A stretch of DNA of 44,532 nt, taken from the NCBI GenBank assembly GCA_017546085.1, contig JAFYXQ010000005.1, forward strand, positions 1 through 44,532, read 5' to 3'. How positions within the stretch are numbered: the first letter of the stretch is position 1; every line of letters starts with the position of its first letter. Position numbers and translations under genes: made by a program. This document shows positions 35,989-44,475 of this stretch, piece by piece. The DNA comes from Alphaproteobacteria bacterium (GTDB taxonomy: Bacteria > Pseudomonadota > Alphaproteobacteria > Rs-D84). Under the pieces are notes generated by a model, which saw only the letters and a program-made list of their open reading frames with translations, was not told where the DNA came from and made no database searches.

Positions 35989-37758
35989 GTCTGATTTAAG
36001 CAGGCTGTGCACGGCTAGTGGAAAATCGTGTGATTTGGCAAGATATGAACCACTGACCAATAAATCGGCACCTGCATCCCAACATAACTGTGCGGTTTTG
36101 TCAGTTATTCCACCATCAACAGATATGGTGTATTTTAATCCGTATTTTTTACGTGTCGCAGCCAATACGGATATTTTGTGTATAGCCATTGGTTCGAACT
36201 GTTGACCAGCTGCACCAGGGGTTACAGACATTACCATTACTTCATCTATATCACGTAATACAGGTTTTAATAATGATACAGGTGATTCTGGATTTAGTGC
36301 AATGCCAACGCGGCGACCTGAATTTTTTATTGTTTTTATTGCGTTACGTAGACCCGATGTGTTGGTGGATAATATTATGGTGTCAGCACCCGCAGCAATT
36401 GCGTTTTCTGCCCATATTTTTGGACTTTCTGTCATTAGATGTACGTGGAGATGGCTTTTTGTATTGTTGCGAATAGTTTTTAATTCATCGATACTGCCAG
36501 AGATTTTATCAACATAAAATCCATCCATTATATCAACGTGTATCATTGATATGTTTGCAGATTTAAATAATGTGTATGTTGCAGGATTGTACATATCAAA
36601 ACAAAGAGTGCTTGGTAAAATAGGTACAAATTTTAATTTGTTTTTTTGTTTGTGTTTAAATAGTTTTATAAACCAATTAGCACGTTTTGACCATTTATTA
36701 TGACGTGATATGTATTGTTTTCTGTGTTCAGATTCAGAATTCCATATGTATTCTGATAATGCGCGAACCGTGCCATCAGACGGTAATATTTCAGTTGTTA
36801 CTGCGAAGGCATTTTCTATAAAATCACGCAATCCTTCAATTTCAGAGCCACCGCCACTAAGTATGATTTTTGTTGGTTTGTATTTTGTAAATGATGGCAG
36901 GCAACCGTCTTTGATGTTGCTGATTATTTTAATAATGATGGGTAATGTAACTTCGTTAACGTCGCTGCGTGAAAAATCATATGCTGTATCAGCTGGGGTG
37001 AATCTGTCCATTTCCTTGGGGATTAATGATGTAACAGAACGTTTTATTGTGTCTGCTGATTCAGGGGTTATGTTAAATTTATTTATTATTGCATTGGTTA
37101 TATCGTTACCGCCAAGCTTTATTTTTGTATGCCATATGGGACCGCGGTCTGTCCATATTGATGCGCTGGTGTATTCTGAACCAAAATCAATAAACATGGT
37201 GGTTTGTTTATGTGTGCGATAAATCATATTCTGTAAAAATTGTGGGTCAAATACAGCAATTGCTTCAATGTGTGCAGCGCGTAGGCAATTAAATAATTTT
37301 TCAAAATCATTACGGTTATAAAATATTGTCCCAAAGACAGACATTAATTGATGGTCGATATGTCCAATTGGGGATATAATATTTCGTGCACATGTTGTGT
37401 CATAACGCAATGGTAAAATATGTATCGCAAAATAATTATCAGGTGTTTCGATTTTTGATATTTGGTTGCTGATGTCTGATGCATTTATTTTATGTTCACC
37501 GTTCCAAACAGTACTTTTTGCGGTCATTTTAAATTCAGATGCACCAAGGTTTCCTGTTATGTATGCTTTATCAAAATTTGTGTCGATTTGTTTTTCTAGT
37601 TCATCTATTACTGATTTTAATGCAAATGCGGTATCAAAACTATCGATGCTGAAAAATGCAGATCTGTCAATATTGGCGTTGCGGACACGGTGTGCAATAC
37701 CGCGAACACCATATGTGCCAATATCAAGGCATAAAAAAGAAGAATCAAATAAATTCAT
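35983..37758 (-). CDS. ftsA: fusion protein: cell division protein FtsA (N-terminal, about 375 aa) plus ribulose-phosphate 3-epimerase (C-terminal, about 215 aa)
   Basis: FtsA motifs: LDIGTYGV, FIDFGSEYT, KLGGNDIT, ILSGGGSEIEGL and an amphipathic helix WSKRANWFIKLF. The same frame continues with Rpe motifs: ILPSTLCFD, IHVDIMDG, HVHLM, MSVTPGAAGQQF, VDGGI and GADLLVSGS. Confidence 0.8.
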   Translation of the reverse strand: MNLFDSSFLCLDIGTYGVRGIAHRVRNANIDRSAFFSIDSFDTAFALKSVIDELEKQIDTNFDKAYITGNLGASEFKMTAKSTVWNGEHKINASDISNQISKIETPDNYFAIHILPLRYDTTCARNIISPIGHIDHQLMSVFGTIFYNRNDFEKLFNCLRAAHIEAIAVFDPQFLQNMIYRTHKQTTMFIDFGSEYTSASIWTDRGPIWHTKIKLGGNDITNAIINKFNITPESADTIKRSVTSLIPKEMDRFTPADTAYDFSRSDVNEVTLPIIIKIISNIKDGCLPSFTKYKPTKIILSGGGSEIEGLRDFIENAFAVTTEILPSDGTVRALSEYIWNSESEHRKQYISRHNKWSKRANWFIKLFKHKQKNKLKFVPILPSTLCFDMYNPATYTLFKSANISMIHVDIMDGFYVDKISGSIDELKTIRNNTKSHLHVHLMTESPKIWAENAIAAGADTIILSTNTSGLRNAIKTIKNSGRRVGIALNPESPVSLLKPVLRDIDEVMVMSVTPGAAGQQFEPMAIHKISVLAATRKKYGLKYTISVDGGITDKTAQLCWDAGADLLVSGSYLAKSHDFPLAVHSLLKSDK

Positions 37759-37761
37759 TTC

Positions 37762-38442
37762 TTATTTTACCAATATTCGCGCAGAATCGCGCATGTCAAC
37801 CATTGATAATTTTTTATCAAGTAATTGATGTTTTTTATTTAGTGATATTAGTGTCCCAATGGCAGATATCGGATTGTTTTCAGGTAACATTATACGAATT
37901 CCTGAATTTGTATGTATATCCCAACGACGATTTTCAATCCATTCGATATAATCAATTTGGCCAATGAAATTGTGTGCAGCCTTGGTTATTTCTGTTATAT
38001 CATTTGGTACAGGGCCACGGAAAACAATGCTGGCAATATTTCGTTCGTCTGCAGGTGTATTTACGATTGTTCCATCAGCGGATAAAGGATAGTATTTTTC
38101 ACCATCTGTCCATAATGCAATCGCCTGATGCAGTGTAACCTTGATGCTGATGTTGCCGTTGGGTAGGCGACGAACAGCAGATTTTTTTATCCATGGGGTG
38201 TTAGAAACGCGGGTGTTTATTGTGTCTAAATCAACGGAATATGAACGCGTCCCAGGTGGCAAAGCAATCGCAGCAGATAGTAATGATAGGTTTGCATCAC
38301 GTTGATCCGCAGATACAGATATGTTGCGTACCATTGATATAGCGTTATGTCCGGTTATTGTCATCACAGTACGGGTGCAAAAATATATTGCCAATGTAAT
38401 TGCAATTATAAAACACAGCCAAAACCATATCGTTCGTTTCAT
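37762..38442 (-). CDS. ftsQ: cell division protein FtsQ
   Basis: N-terminal TM segment, a POTRA-like region (...NTPWIKKSAVRRLPNGNISIKVTLHQAIALW) and a C-terminal ...RRWDIHTNSGIRIMLPE...VDMRD pattern. It lies 3 nt upstream of ftsA. An alternative start is at 38478. Confidence 0.8.
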   Translation of the reverse strand: MKRTIWFWLCFIIAITLAIYFCTRTVMTITGHNAISMVRNISVSADQRDANLSLLSAAIALPPGTRSYSVDLDTINTRVSNTPWIKKSAVRRLPNGNISIKVTLHQAIALWTDGEKYYPLSADGTIVNTPADERNIASIVFRGPVPNDITEITKAAHNFIGQIDYIEWIENRRWDIHTNSGIRIMLPENNPISAIGTLISLNKKHQLLDKKLSMVDMRDSARILVK

Positions 38443-38487
38443 GTCGAGCATTATACCATAAAATATGTTAATAATCAAAAAGTGTTT

Positions 38488-38868
38488 TTACATTGCGCGC
38501 AATAAATATCCGCGTCTGAACATACATTTTCGGTAATAACCCACAGATTTAGATGTTGTATTACGTGGAACTGACATCAGGCTGCGCTGACCAACGTCGC
38601 GATATTCGTTTGATTGAAATGTTACCCACAAACCATCCCAGTCAGGCATAACACCACTTTGGTTCGGGGCCAATAATTTGGCGAGTCTGGATTTTGGTTG
38701 GTATGATGGTGTGTTTATGCCAAGGCAAGCCTTGTGATCACGAACAAACTGTTCTGTGGTAACAGCTTCGTTTTCCCAGTTTAATATTGTGGCATCATCA
38801 ATACTGCCACGATTAACGGATGCACAGGCGGTTAAAACTAAAAAAATTGGTAAAAATTTAATTCTCAT
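38488..38868 (-). CDS. hypothetical lipoprotein (126 aa)
   Basis: Lipobox LTAC (MRIKFLPIFLVLTAC). No family recognised. Confidence 0.5.
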   Translation of the reverse strand: MRIKFLPIFLVLTACASVNRGSIDDATILNWENEAVTTEQFVRDHKACLGINTPSYQPKSRLAKLLAPNQSGVMPDWDGLWVTFQSNEYRDVGQRSLMSVPRNTTSKSVGYYRKCMFRRGYLLRAM

Positions 38869-38943
38869 GTTTTATATTATAATTTAATTGCCTTTTTGTG
38901 GCAATAGTTTTTATAATGTAAAAAACATGGAAAGGACAGAGAG

Positions 38944-39267
38944 ATGGCAATAACCGTTCAAAATTTTATTAAACTGGCTAATTTTTACAATCAAACCGCG
39001 ATAATGATGTCTGCGATTTGTGTGCAAAAGGGCGGAATTGCACTGGAAAATTATGTTGGAAGATTTTATGCAGCAGATGTACTTGAATACGTGTTGGAAT
39101 ATGGACGCAGGTTAATTGCGATTGATAAAAGTGTTTCTCCAGAAATAAAGGGGCTGATTGATAGAATGGCTGCGCAGTTCGAAAATATGCGTTCGATGGT
39201 TACCCCAACACAAAAACCAATACATGAAATGACACTAGAAGAATTTGAAAAAGTTATGAATATATAA
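38944..39267 (+). CDS. hypothetical protein (107 aa)
   Basis: SD GGAAAGGACAGAGAG lies before the ATG. It sits directly upstream of, and is probably co-transcribed with, the secretin-like lipoprotein gene. Confidence 0.4.
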   Translation: MAITVQNFIKLANFYNQTAIMMSAICVQKGGIALENYVGRFYAADVLEYVLEYGRRLIAIDKSVSPEIKGLIDRMAAQFENMRSMVTPTQKPIHEMTLEEFEKVMNI

Positions 39268-39298
39268 TATGATATATCAAAGACAAAAGGGAAAGGAT

Positions 39299-40624
39299 AT
39301 GATTTTCTTAAAAAATATAATGGGTTCGGTCTTGGTTTTTGCTACGTTGGTGGCATGTCAGCAGAAACAACAGATGCCGTTGTATGATAATATTACAGTT
39401 GTTGATGAATTGGTTATTGATGAAAATTCTGTGCCTATTTTTCCAAAGAAGGCGGCATTGACAACTGATACTGCGCGTCGTTTTTCAATAGAATTACCAA
39501 AACGTTGCGAGGTTGATTGGAATAATCAGACTGTGGTTTCTGTTGTGCCTGCAGAGAAGATAGAGATTGTTCGTTTAGGTGTCGGGGATAAATTGCCTGA
39601 ATTAAAGGTGTCGGATTATGAATTTAAGGATTTAACTGTTAAAAAGGCACTTGATAAATTGTTGGACGGGACAGATGTTTCAGTGGTAGAAGATGAAGTG
39701 TTGTATGAAAAGATTTCTGGTACGATTTCATCTGGTGTGTTATCTGATGCGGTTGAACTGATGACCAAGATGGGACGTGTGTATTATTCTTATGATGAAA
39801 ATACGGGTGAATTGCATTTAACACATAGGGGAAAATGGTTAATAAAAATGCCGCAAGATGAAACTATAATAATGGCAATGTTGGATGCGATGCATGGGGC
39901 AGATATGCGGAACTTGCTGGTTGATTGGCAGGACAAGACAGTTGTGTTTGAAGGTAATTATCAGACCGAACGAGAAGTTGCTAAAATAATCGCTGATATC
40001 GCAGGGAAAAAGTATATGTTGGCCTGGGATATCGATGTTTATCGTGTTTATCCACGTACGGATAATCCGATTGTTTGGATGAATTTGTTGCCTGCATTTG
40101 GGGAAAAAAATATAAAGATGTCTATCCCTGGGGTTGTGGGACGTGCGCTGGTTGTGGGACCTGAAATTAATACTAAAACATTGCAGGAATTTATGGCGCA
40201 ACAGGCAAATGTTGTTTTGGTATCCCAAGGGACGTTTGCGATTCCAAATGGTTGGCAATCAAGGTTTGATATTGGTCAATGTGGCAAGGAAGAAAGACTT
40301 GAAACAGATTTAGTTATTGGGGCAACTGGAACATATGGTGATTATGCAGGGCGTAAAAAAATAGATGCAAAAATTGTTCTGAGAACAAGTGCAGGTGAAT
40401 TGTCTTCGTTTAATATACCATCAACAGTTGGGGATAATTATGTAATTGTTGGTATTCCAACGCATTCGTTTGTAACAACACCTGAAACGTTGGTATCACC
40501 ATTTGCTGAATTGGTGGTATTTATGTCGCCACGTGTGATATCAATTGTCGATGGTCCGGTTGGGCATGATGATAATGCAGAAACGTTGGTTGGTGATGCG
40601 TTGCGCGATTTTTTGAATGATTAA
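39299..40624 (+). CDS. outer-membrane lipoprotein with secretin-like features (possible PilN/BfpB-type lipoprotein secretin)
   Basis: Lipobox LVAC and an N0/STN-like segment LTVKKALDKLLDGTDVSVVEDE. The C-terminal region VVLVSQGTFAIPNGWQSRFDIGQ...IDAKIVLRTSAGEL...VGDNYVIVGIP...ELVVFMSPRVI follows the secretin-domain pattern. The CDS itself is solid, but the family call is tentative. Confidence 0.35.
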   Translation: MIFLKNIMGSVLVFATLVACQQKQQMPLYDNITVVDELVIDENSVPIFPKKAALTTDTARRFSIELPKRCEVDWNNQTVVSVVPAEKIEIVRLGVGDKLPELKVSDYEFKDLTVKKALDKLLDGTDVSVVEDEVLYEKISGTISSGVLSDAVELMTKMGRVYYSYDENTGELHLTHRGKWLIKMPQDETIIMAMLDAMHGADMRNLLVDWQDKTVVFEGNYQTEREVAKIIADIAGKKYMLAWDIDVYRVYPRTDNPIVWMNLLPAFGEKNIKMSIPGVVGRALVVGPEINTKTLQEFMAQQANVVLVSQGTFAIPNGWQSRFDIGQCGKEERLETDLVIGATGTYGDYAGRKKIDAKIVLRTSAGELSSFNIPSTVGDNYVIVGIPTHSFVTTPETLVSPFAELVVFMSPRVISIVDGPVGHDDNAETLVGDALRDFLND

Positions 40625-40631
40625 AGGTAGT

Positions 40632-41888
40632 ATGATGTTTTCAAAACTGGAACGAAAAGTTGCTTTTAGATATCTTGGTGCGAAAAAACGCGGATTTGGT
40701 TCTGTGATTTCGTGGGTGTCGCTGATTGGGATTATGTTGGGTGTTGCAACATTAATAGTTGTCATGTCTGTTATGGGCGGTTTTCATGATACGTTGTTGG
40801 GACGTATTGTGGGAATGAATGGGCATGTTGTTGTTTATTACCAAGATGGTGCAATTTCTGATTTTGATTTCTTGATTGAAAAAATGAAACAAAACAAGAC
40901 AGTTTCAGAACGTGTAAATTCAATTGTGCCAATTGCCGAAGGACAGGTTATGGCAACCGCTAATGGAAATAATACAGGTGCAATGATACGCGGAATTCGT
41001 ATGAATGATTTGGCTGCAAAAACTAATTCAGGTACACGTATATATGGCAAGGAATTATCACAAATTCAAGATGGTGAATTGGTTGGTGGGGCATCGCTGA
41101 CCCGCGCCTTAAAGGTTACGATGGGGGATAAAATTTCATTAGTGTCTGCAAATGCTGCGACACCAACGCCATTTGGTTCAATGCCACGAATTATGGCATA
41201 TCCGGTAATGAGTTCTTTCTTTATGGGTATGTATGAATATGATTCAGGATATATTTTTATGCCGCTTGAAACAGCACAGAAATATTTAAATATTGGAAAT
41301 GCTGTAACGCATATTGATTTGTTTTTAGATAATCCAGAAGATACAACCGCGGTTGTGGAAAGTTTGGCACGTCTGTTGCCTGATAGTTTTGTTGTGCGTG
41401 ATTGGCGTGATTTAAACCGTGGTTTTGTTGGGGCGTTACAGGTTGAATCAAATGTTATGTTTTTGATTTTGTTGCTGATTGTAATTGTGGCGGCATTTAA
41501 TATTGTGTCGTCCTTGGTTATGTTGGTCAAGGACAAGAATAAAGATATTGCAGTTTTACGAACATTTGGCGTTTCGCGTAAGTCAATGATGAAAATATTT
41601 ATTTTGTCAGGAACATCCATAGGGGTTATTGGTGCGTTCTTTGGTACGATATTAGGGGTGTTGGTTGCGGTTTATATTGAACCAATCAGACAATTTTTTC
41701 AGTGGTTAACAGGTCGTGATTTGTTCCCAGCAGAATTATATTATTTGTCTGAATTACCGTCAAAATTAATTTGGACAGATGTTTTAGGAATTGCGTTAAT
41801 TGCGGTATTGTTGGCATTCTTGGCAACGCTTTATCCCGCATGGAAGGCAGCAAATACAGACCCAGTAGAAGTTTTAAGGAATGAATAA
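40632..41888 (+). CDS. lolC: lipoprotein-releasing system permease LolC/LolE
   Basis: FRYLGAKKRGFGSVISWVSLIGIMLGVATLIVVMSVMGGF N-terminus, a periplasmic MacB-like domain and a C-terminal FtsX domain ending YPAWKAANTDPVEVLRNE. Confidence 0.85.
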   Translation: MMFSKLERKVAFRYLGAKKRGFGSVISWVSLIGIMLGVATLIVVMSVMGGFHDTLLGRIVGMNGHVVVYYQDGAISDFDFLIEKMKQNKTVSERVNSIVPIAEGQVMATANGNNTGAMIRGIRMNDLAAKTNSGTRIYGKELSQIQDGELVGGASLTRALKVTMGDKISLVSANAATPTPFGSMPRIMAYPVMSSFFMGMYEYDSGYIFMPLETAQKYLNIGNAVTHIDLFLDNPEDTTAVVESLARLLPDSFVVRDWRDLNRGFVGALQVESNVMFLILLLIVIVAAFNIVSSLVMLVKDKNKDIAVLRTFGVSRKSMMKIFILSGTSIGVIGAFFGTILGVLVAVYIEPIRQFFQWLTGRDLFPAELYYLSELPSKLIWTDVLGIALIAVLLAFLATLYPAWKAANTDPVEVLRNE

Positions 41889-41901
41889 GAGAGATTTTTA
41901 A

Positions 41902-42612
41902 ATGGCTAATATTTTAAATTCTTTATCAAAAATACAACGTGGCGATATTGTTATGTCTGTTCGCGATATTAAAAAAACATTTGTCGAAGGTGGGCAGCCA
42001 TTACATATTCTGCGTGGCGGTGGGTTTGATTTGCATCGTGGTGAAATTATTGCGTTGGTTGGACAGTCTGGTTCAGGAAAATCGACTTTGCTACAATGTG
42101 TGGGGTTGCTTGACCGGCCAAGCGGTGGCAGTATCGTTGTTGATGGGGCGCCTGTACAGAAAATGGATGAAGATATGCGTACGCAAATCAGACGGAATAA
42201 AATTGGATTTGTTTATCAAAAGCATAATTTGTTGTCTGATTTTACGGCGCTTGAAAATGTTATGCTGCCTATGTTGGCAAATGGCATTGCAGAAGATGTG
42301 GCGCGTTCGCGTGCGATTAAGTTATTAAAGTCTGCAAATGTTGCGCATCGTGCATCACATTTGCCAGGGGAAATGAGTGGTGGTGAACAACAACGAACCG
42401 CGGTTGCACGCGCGTTAGCAAACAATCCAACGATTTTGTTGGCGGATGAACCAACGGGCAGTTTAGATCCACAACATGCCGGCGCGGTGTTTGATTTGTT
42501 ACTTGATTTAGTTAGAAAAAATAAAATGGCAATGTTGTTTGTTACGCATGATATGAATTTGGCTGCGCGTGCAGATAAAAAGATTACTATTGATAATGGA
42601 ATTGTGGTATAA
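41902..42612 (+). CDS. lolD: lipoprotein-releasing system ATP-binding protein LolD
   Basis: ABC ATPase with GQSGSGKSTLL, LSGGEQQRTAVARAL and ILLADEPTGSLD. It follows lolC/E. The start may be at 41953. Confidence 0.85.
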   Translation: MANILNSLSKIQRGDIVMSVRDIKKTFVEGGQPLHILRGGGFDLHRGEIIALVGQSGSGKSTLLQCVGLLDRPSGGSIVVDGAPVQKMDEDMRTQIRRNKIGFVYQKHNLLSDFTALENVMLPMLANGIAEDVARSRAIKLLKSANVAHRASHLPGEMSGGEQQRTAVARALANNPTILLADEPTGSLDPQHAGAVFDLLLDLVRKNKMAMLFVTHDMNLAARADKKITIDNGIVV

Positions 42613-42638
42613 TATATATCAAATAAAAGGAGGGGGTT

Positions 42639-43322
42639 ATGAAAAAATTAAAACAGGGACATATTGTTCATACACGTGGGCAAAAGGTTGCAGGTTGGAT
42701 TGCACTGATTATGCTGTTTATTTGCGGAATGATGGTTGGTGTTGCAATTAATAAAAAACAAACGGGAGTAGTTGTGGATTCAGATGTTATTCAGATGTCT
42801 GATTTGAATTGCAGTAGAATTGAAGAACAGATGGCAAAATCAAGTACAACCGCTGAAAAATTAGCAGAATTAAAAGATATTTATTCTGAATACTGTGCAG
42901 GACGAAAGGTTGAAAAATCAAAGGAACAACCAAAATCAGAACCAGAGAATGTGGAAAACATAAAACCAAAAAGTACATGTGAACGCATAGAAGAAATGTT
43001 GTTGATGAGCTTGCCTGCGGTGCACGGTCCTTATAATAATAGAGAATACATAAAGCGTGCACAGATTTATGCGCAAATTTCAGAACGTGGTTGTGCTGAA
43101 AATTCACAAAAATATGCAGATATGGCAAAGCAAGAATTAGATGTCGTACGTGCAATACAAGATGATATGTTTTATGAAGAAAGTGAGATAGAAAATATTG
43201 TCGAAACGTATAAACGTTTAGAAATGCAAGAGGCCGCAGCGGAAGTTTTTGAAAATATTAAAAAACTGACAGATCCGACAATTGATTTTATTTTACAAAT
43301 AGAAAAAATTATTAACGAATAG
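42639..43322 (+). CDS. membrane-anchored hypothetical protein with two Cys-stapled helical repeats
   Basis: Strong SD AAAGGAGGGGG and an N-terminal TM segment (WIALIMLFICGMMVGVAI). Internal repeats are NCSRIEEQM...YSEYCAG and TCERIEEML...ISERGCAE. Confidence 0.5.
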   Translation: MKKLKQGHIVHTRGQKVAGWIALIMLFICGMMVGVAINKKQTGVVVDSDVIQMSDLNCSRIEEQMAKSSTTAEKLAELKDIYSEYCAGRKVEKSKEQPKSEPENVENIKPKSTCERIEEMLLMSLPAVHGPYNNREYIKRAQIYAQISERGCAENSQKYADMAKQELDVVRAIQDDMFYEESEIENIVETYKRLEMQEAAAEVFENIKKLTDPTIDFILQIEKIINE

Positions 43323-43331
43323 TGAGTAAGC

Positions 43332-43907
43332 ATGAAAAAAATAACATTATTGTTTTGTTTGCTGGGATTGATTGCGGTATTACCTGTTATCGCAGATGAA
43401 GAAGCGGTTGTTGCGGAACGAACGACTTGTGCGGATATTAAATCGCAGATTGATGAACTGGGTGGAATAATCGATCCAGATGAAGATGTTCTTGACGAGA
43501 TTGCACAGCTGAAAAACGATTATCGTCGTAATTGTTCCAAAACCGCGGCAAGGCGTCGTACATCTGCCAAACGTGGGGTGGTTGATGCGCCAGTTGTTAT
43601 CGAAGAAAATTTTGTAGAGGAAGATGTATCAGAAGAACCATCAGAAACGATTGTTCTTGAACAAGATTTTGTCGAGGTAGCAGAAACAGATATTTCGGAA
43701 TCTGAACCAAAATTGTCAGATGAAGAAATTTTAGAACAAGAATTGGCGAATTTGGATGCTGGATTGTGTGCGGATGGTACAAAACCAAACAAGTTTGGTT
43801 GTTGCACAGATGAAATATTCAAAGATATGGGTAATGCTGTTTTTGCATGTTGTCCAAAGGATGGCGGCAAAGATATGGAATGTTTCCCACCAATTGGGCA
43901 GATTTAA
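43332..43907 (+). CDS. secreted acidic protein with C-terminal 6-Cys motif domain
   Basis: Signal peptide MKKITLLFCLLGLIAVLPVIA, then one TCADIKSQIDEL...YRRNC module and an acidic linker. The C-terminus is CADGTKPNKFGCCTDEIFKDMGNAVFACCPKDGGKDMECFPP. Confidence 0.5.
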   Translation: MKKITLLFCLLGLIAVLPVIADEEAVVAERTTCADIKSQIDELGGIIDPDEDVLDEIAQLKNDYRRNCSKTAARRRTSAKRGVVDAPVVIEENFVEEDVSEEPSETIVLEQDFVEVAETDISESEPKLSDEEILEQELANLDAGLCADGTKPNKFGCCTDEIFKDMGNAVFACCPKDGGKDMECFPPIGQI

Positions 43908-43928
43908 ATATTACATAGGGGATAGAAT

Positions 43929-44171
43929 ATGAAAAAGAAAACAAAGTTTTGTTTTATATTAATTATAACATTTTTTGTCGGTTGTTTAACTGGTGCATTT
44001 GTTTGGCATAATCGTAATGTATTTTCGTTTTCGGAATTACCAATGTGTGAAGATGGAAATGAACCAGATAAAAATGGTTGCTGTTTGGGCGAGATTTATA
44101 CCGACATGAATGATCTTGGGTTTAATTGTTGTCCGGAAGTTGGTGGGGATTGCTTCCCGCCACTGCGTTAA
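43929..44171 (+). CDS. small anchored/lipoprotein-like protein carrying the same 6-Cys motif domain
   Basis: 80 aa with an N-terminal hydrophobic segment and a possible lipobox (FVGC). CEDGNEPDKNGCCLGEIYTDMNDLGFNCCPEVGGDCFPP aligns residue-for-residue with the C-terminus of the upstream protein. Confidence 0.5.
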   Translation: MKKKTKFCFILIITFFVGCLTGAFVWHNRNVFSFSELPMCEDGNEPDKNGCCLGEIYTDMNDLGFNCCPEVGGDCFPPLR

Positions 44172-44187
44172 ATTAAATATAATAATA

Positions 44188-44427
44188 TATCTGCAATCGG
44201 TGCCGGCAATTCATGTAGCGTTAGTACACTACATTGCCGGTACTGTTTGCATCTACATCATTCTATTTAATTTAAAAATAAGATATGTAATGTATCTACA
44301 ATCGGTGCGGTAATTCATGTAGCGTCAGTACACTACATTTCCGGCACTGTTTGCATCTACATCATTTTATTTAATTTAAAACAATGCGGATAATGTATTT
44401 GCAATTGTGCGGTAATTAATTTAAAAG
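44188..44427. repeat. tandem repeat, period about 105 bp: two full units plus an internally deleted third
   Basis: Unit 1 is 44188-44292, unit 2 is 44293-44395 (a few substitutions and a 2-nt deletion), and the partial unit is 44396-44427. Each full unit contains the hairpin CCGGCAAT..TGTAG/CTACATTGCCGG. Confidence 0.8.
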
Positions 44428-44428
44428 C

Positions 44429-44475
44429 AAATCAGGAATCTTGTGTAATATCAAGTACACTGCGATTCCTGATTT
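44429..44475. terminator. perfect 12-bp-stem hairpin (AAATCAGGAATC...GATTCCTGATTT)
   Basis: Located between the repeat array and the end of a minus-strand ORF entering from the right edge. The loop contains GTACACTGCG. Confidence 0.5.

Noticed and set aside
36710-37222. 170-aa plus-strand ORF inside ftsA
   Set aside because: It is an antisense shadow. The minus-strand frame carries the FtsA motifs.
41066-41620. 184-aa minus-strand ORF inside lolC/E
   Set aside because: It is an antisense shadow of the permease gene.
42639-43322. Possible type IVb prepilin (basic leader ...RGQKVAG followed by W and a hydrophobic stretch, reminiscent of the Gly/Trp cleavage of R64 PilS)
   Set aside because: There is no Glu at position +5. 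The hydrophobic segment is followed by a long acidic helical domain with internal Cys-bracketed repeats shared with the neighbouring secreted protein. A plain N-terminal membrane anchor is more likely.
43520-43870. 116-aa minus-strand ORF
   Set aside because: It is antisense to the secreted acidic protein gene, and its Ser-rich low-complexity sequence is a mirror of the acidic linker.
44188-44427. Possible CRISPR array
   Set aside because: The repeats are directly tandem with a period of about 105 bp, so there are no unique spacers. No cas genes are present in the window.
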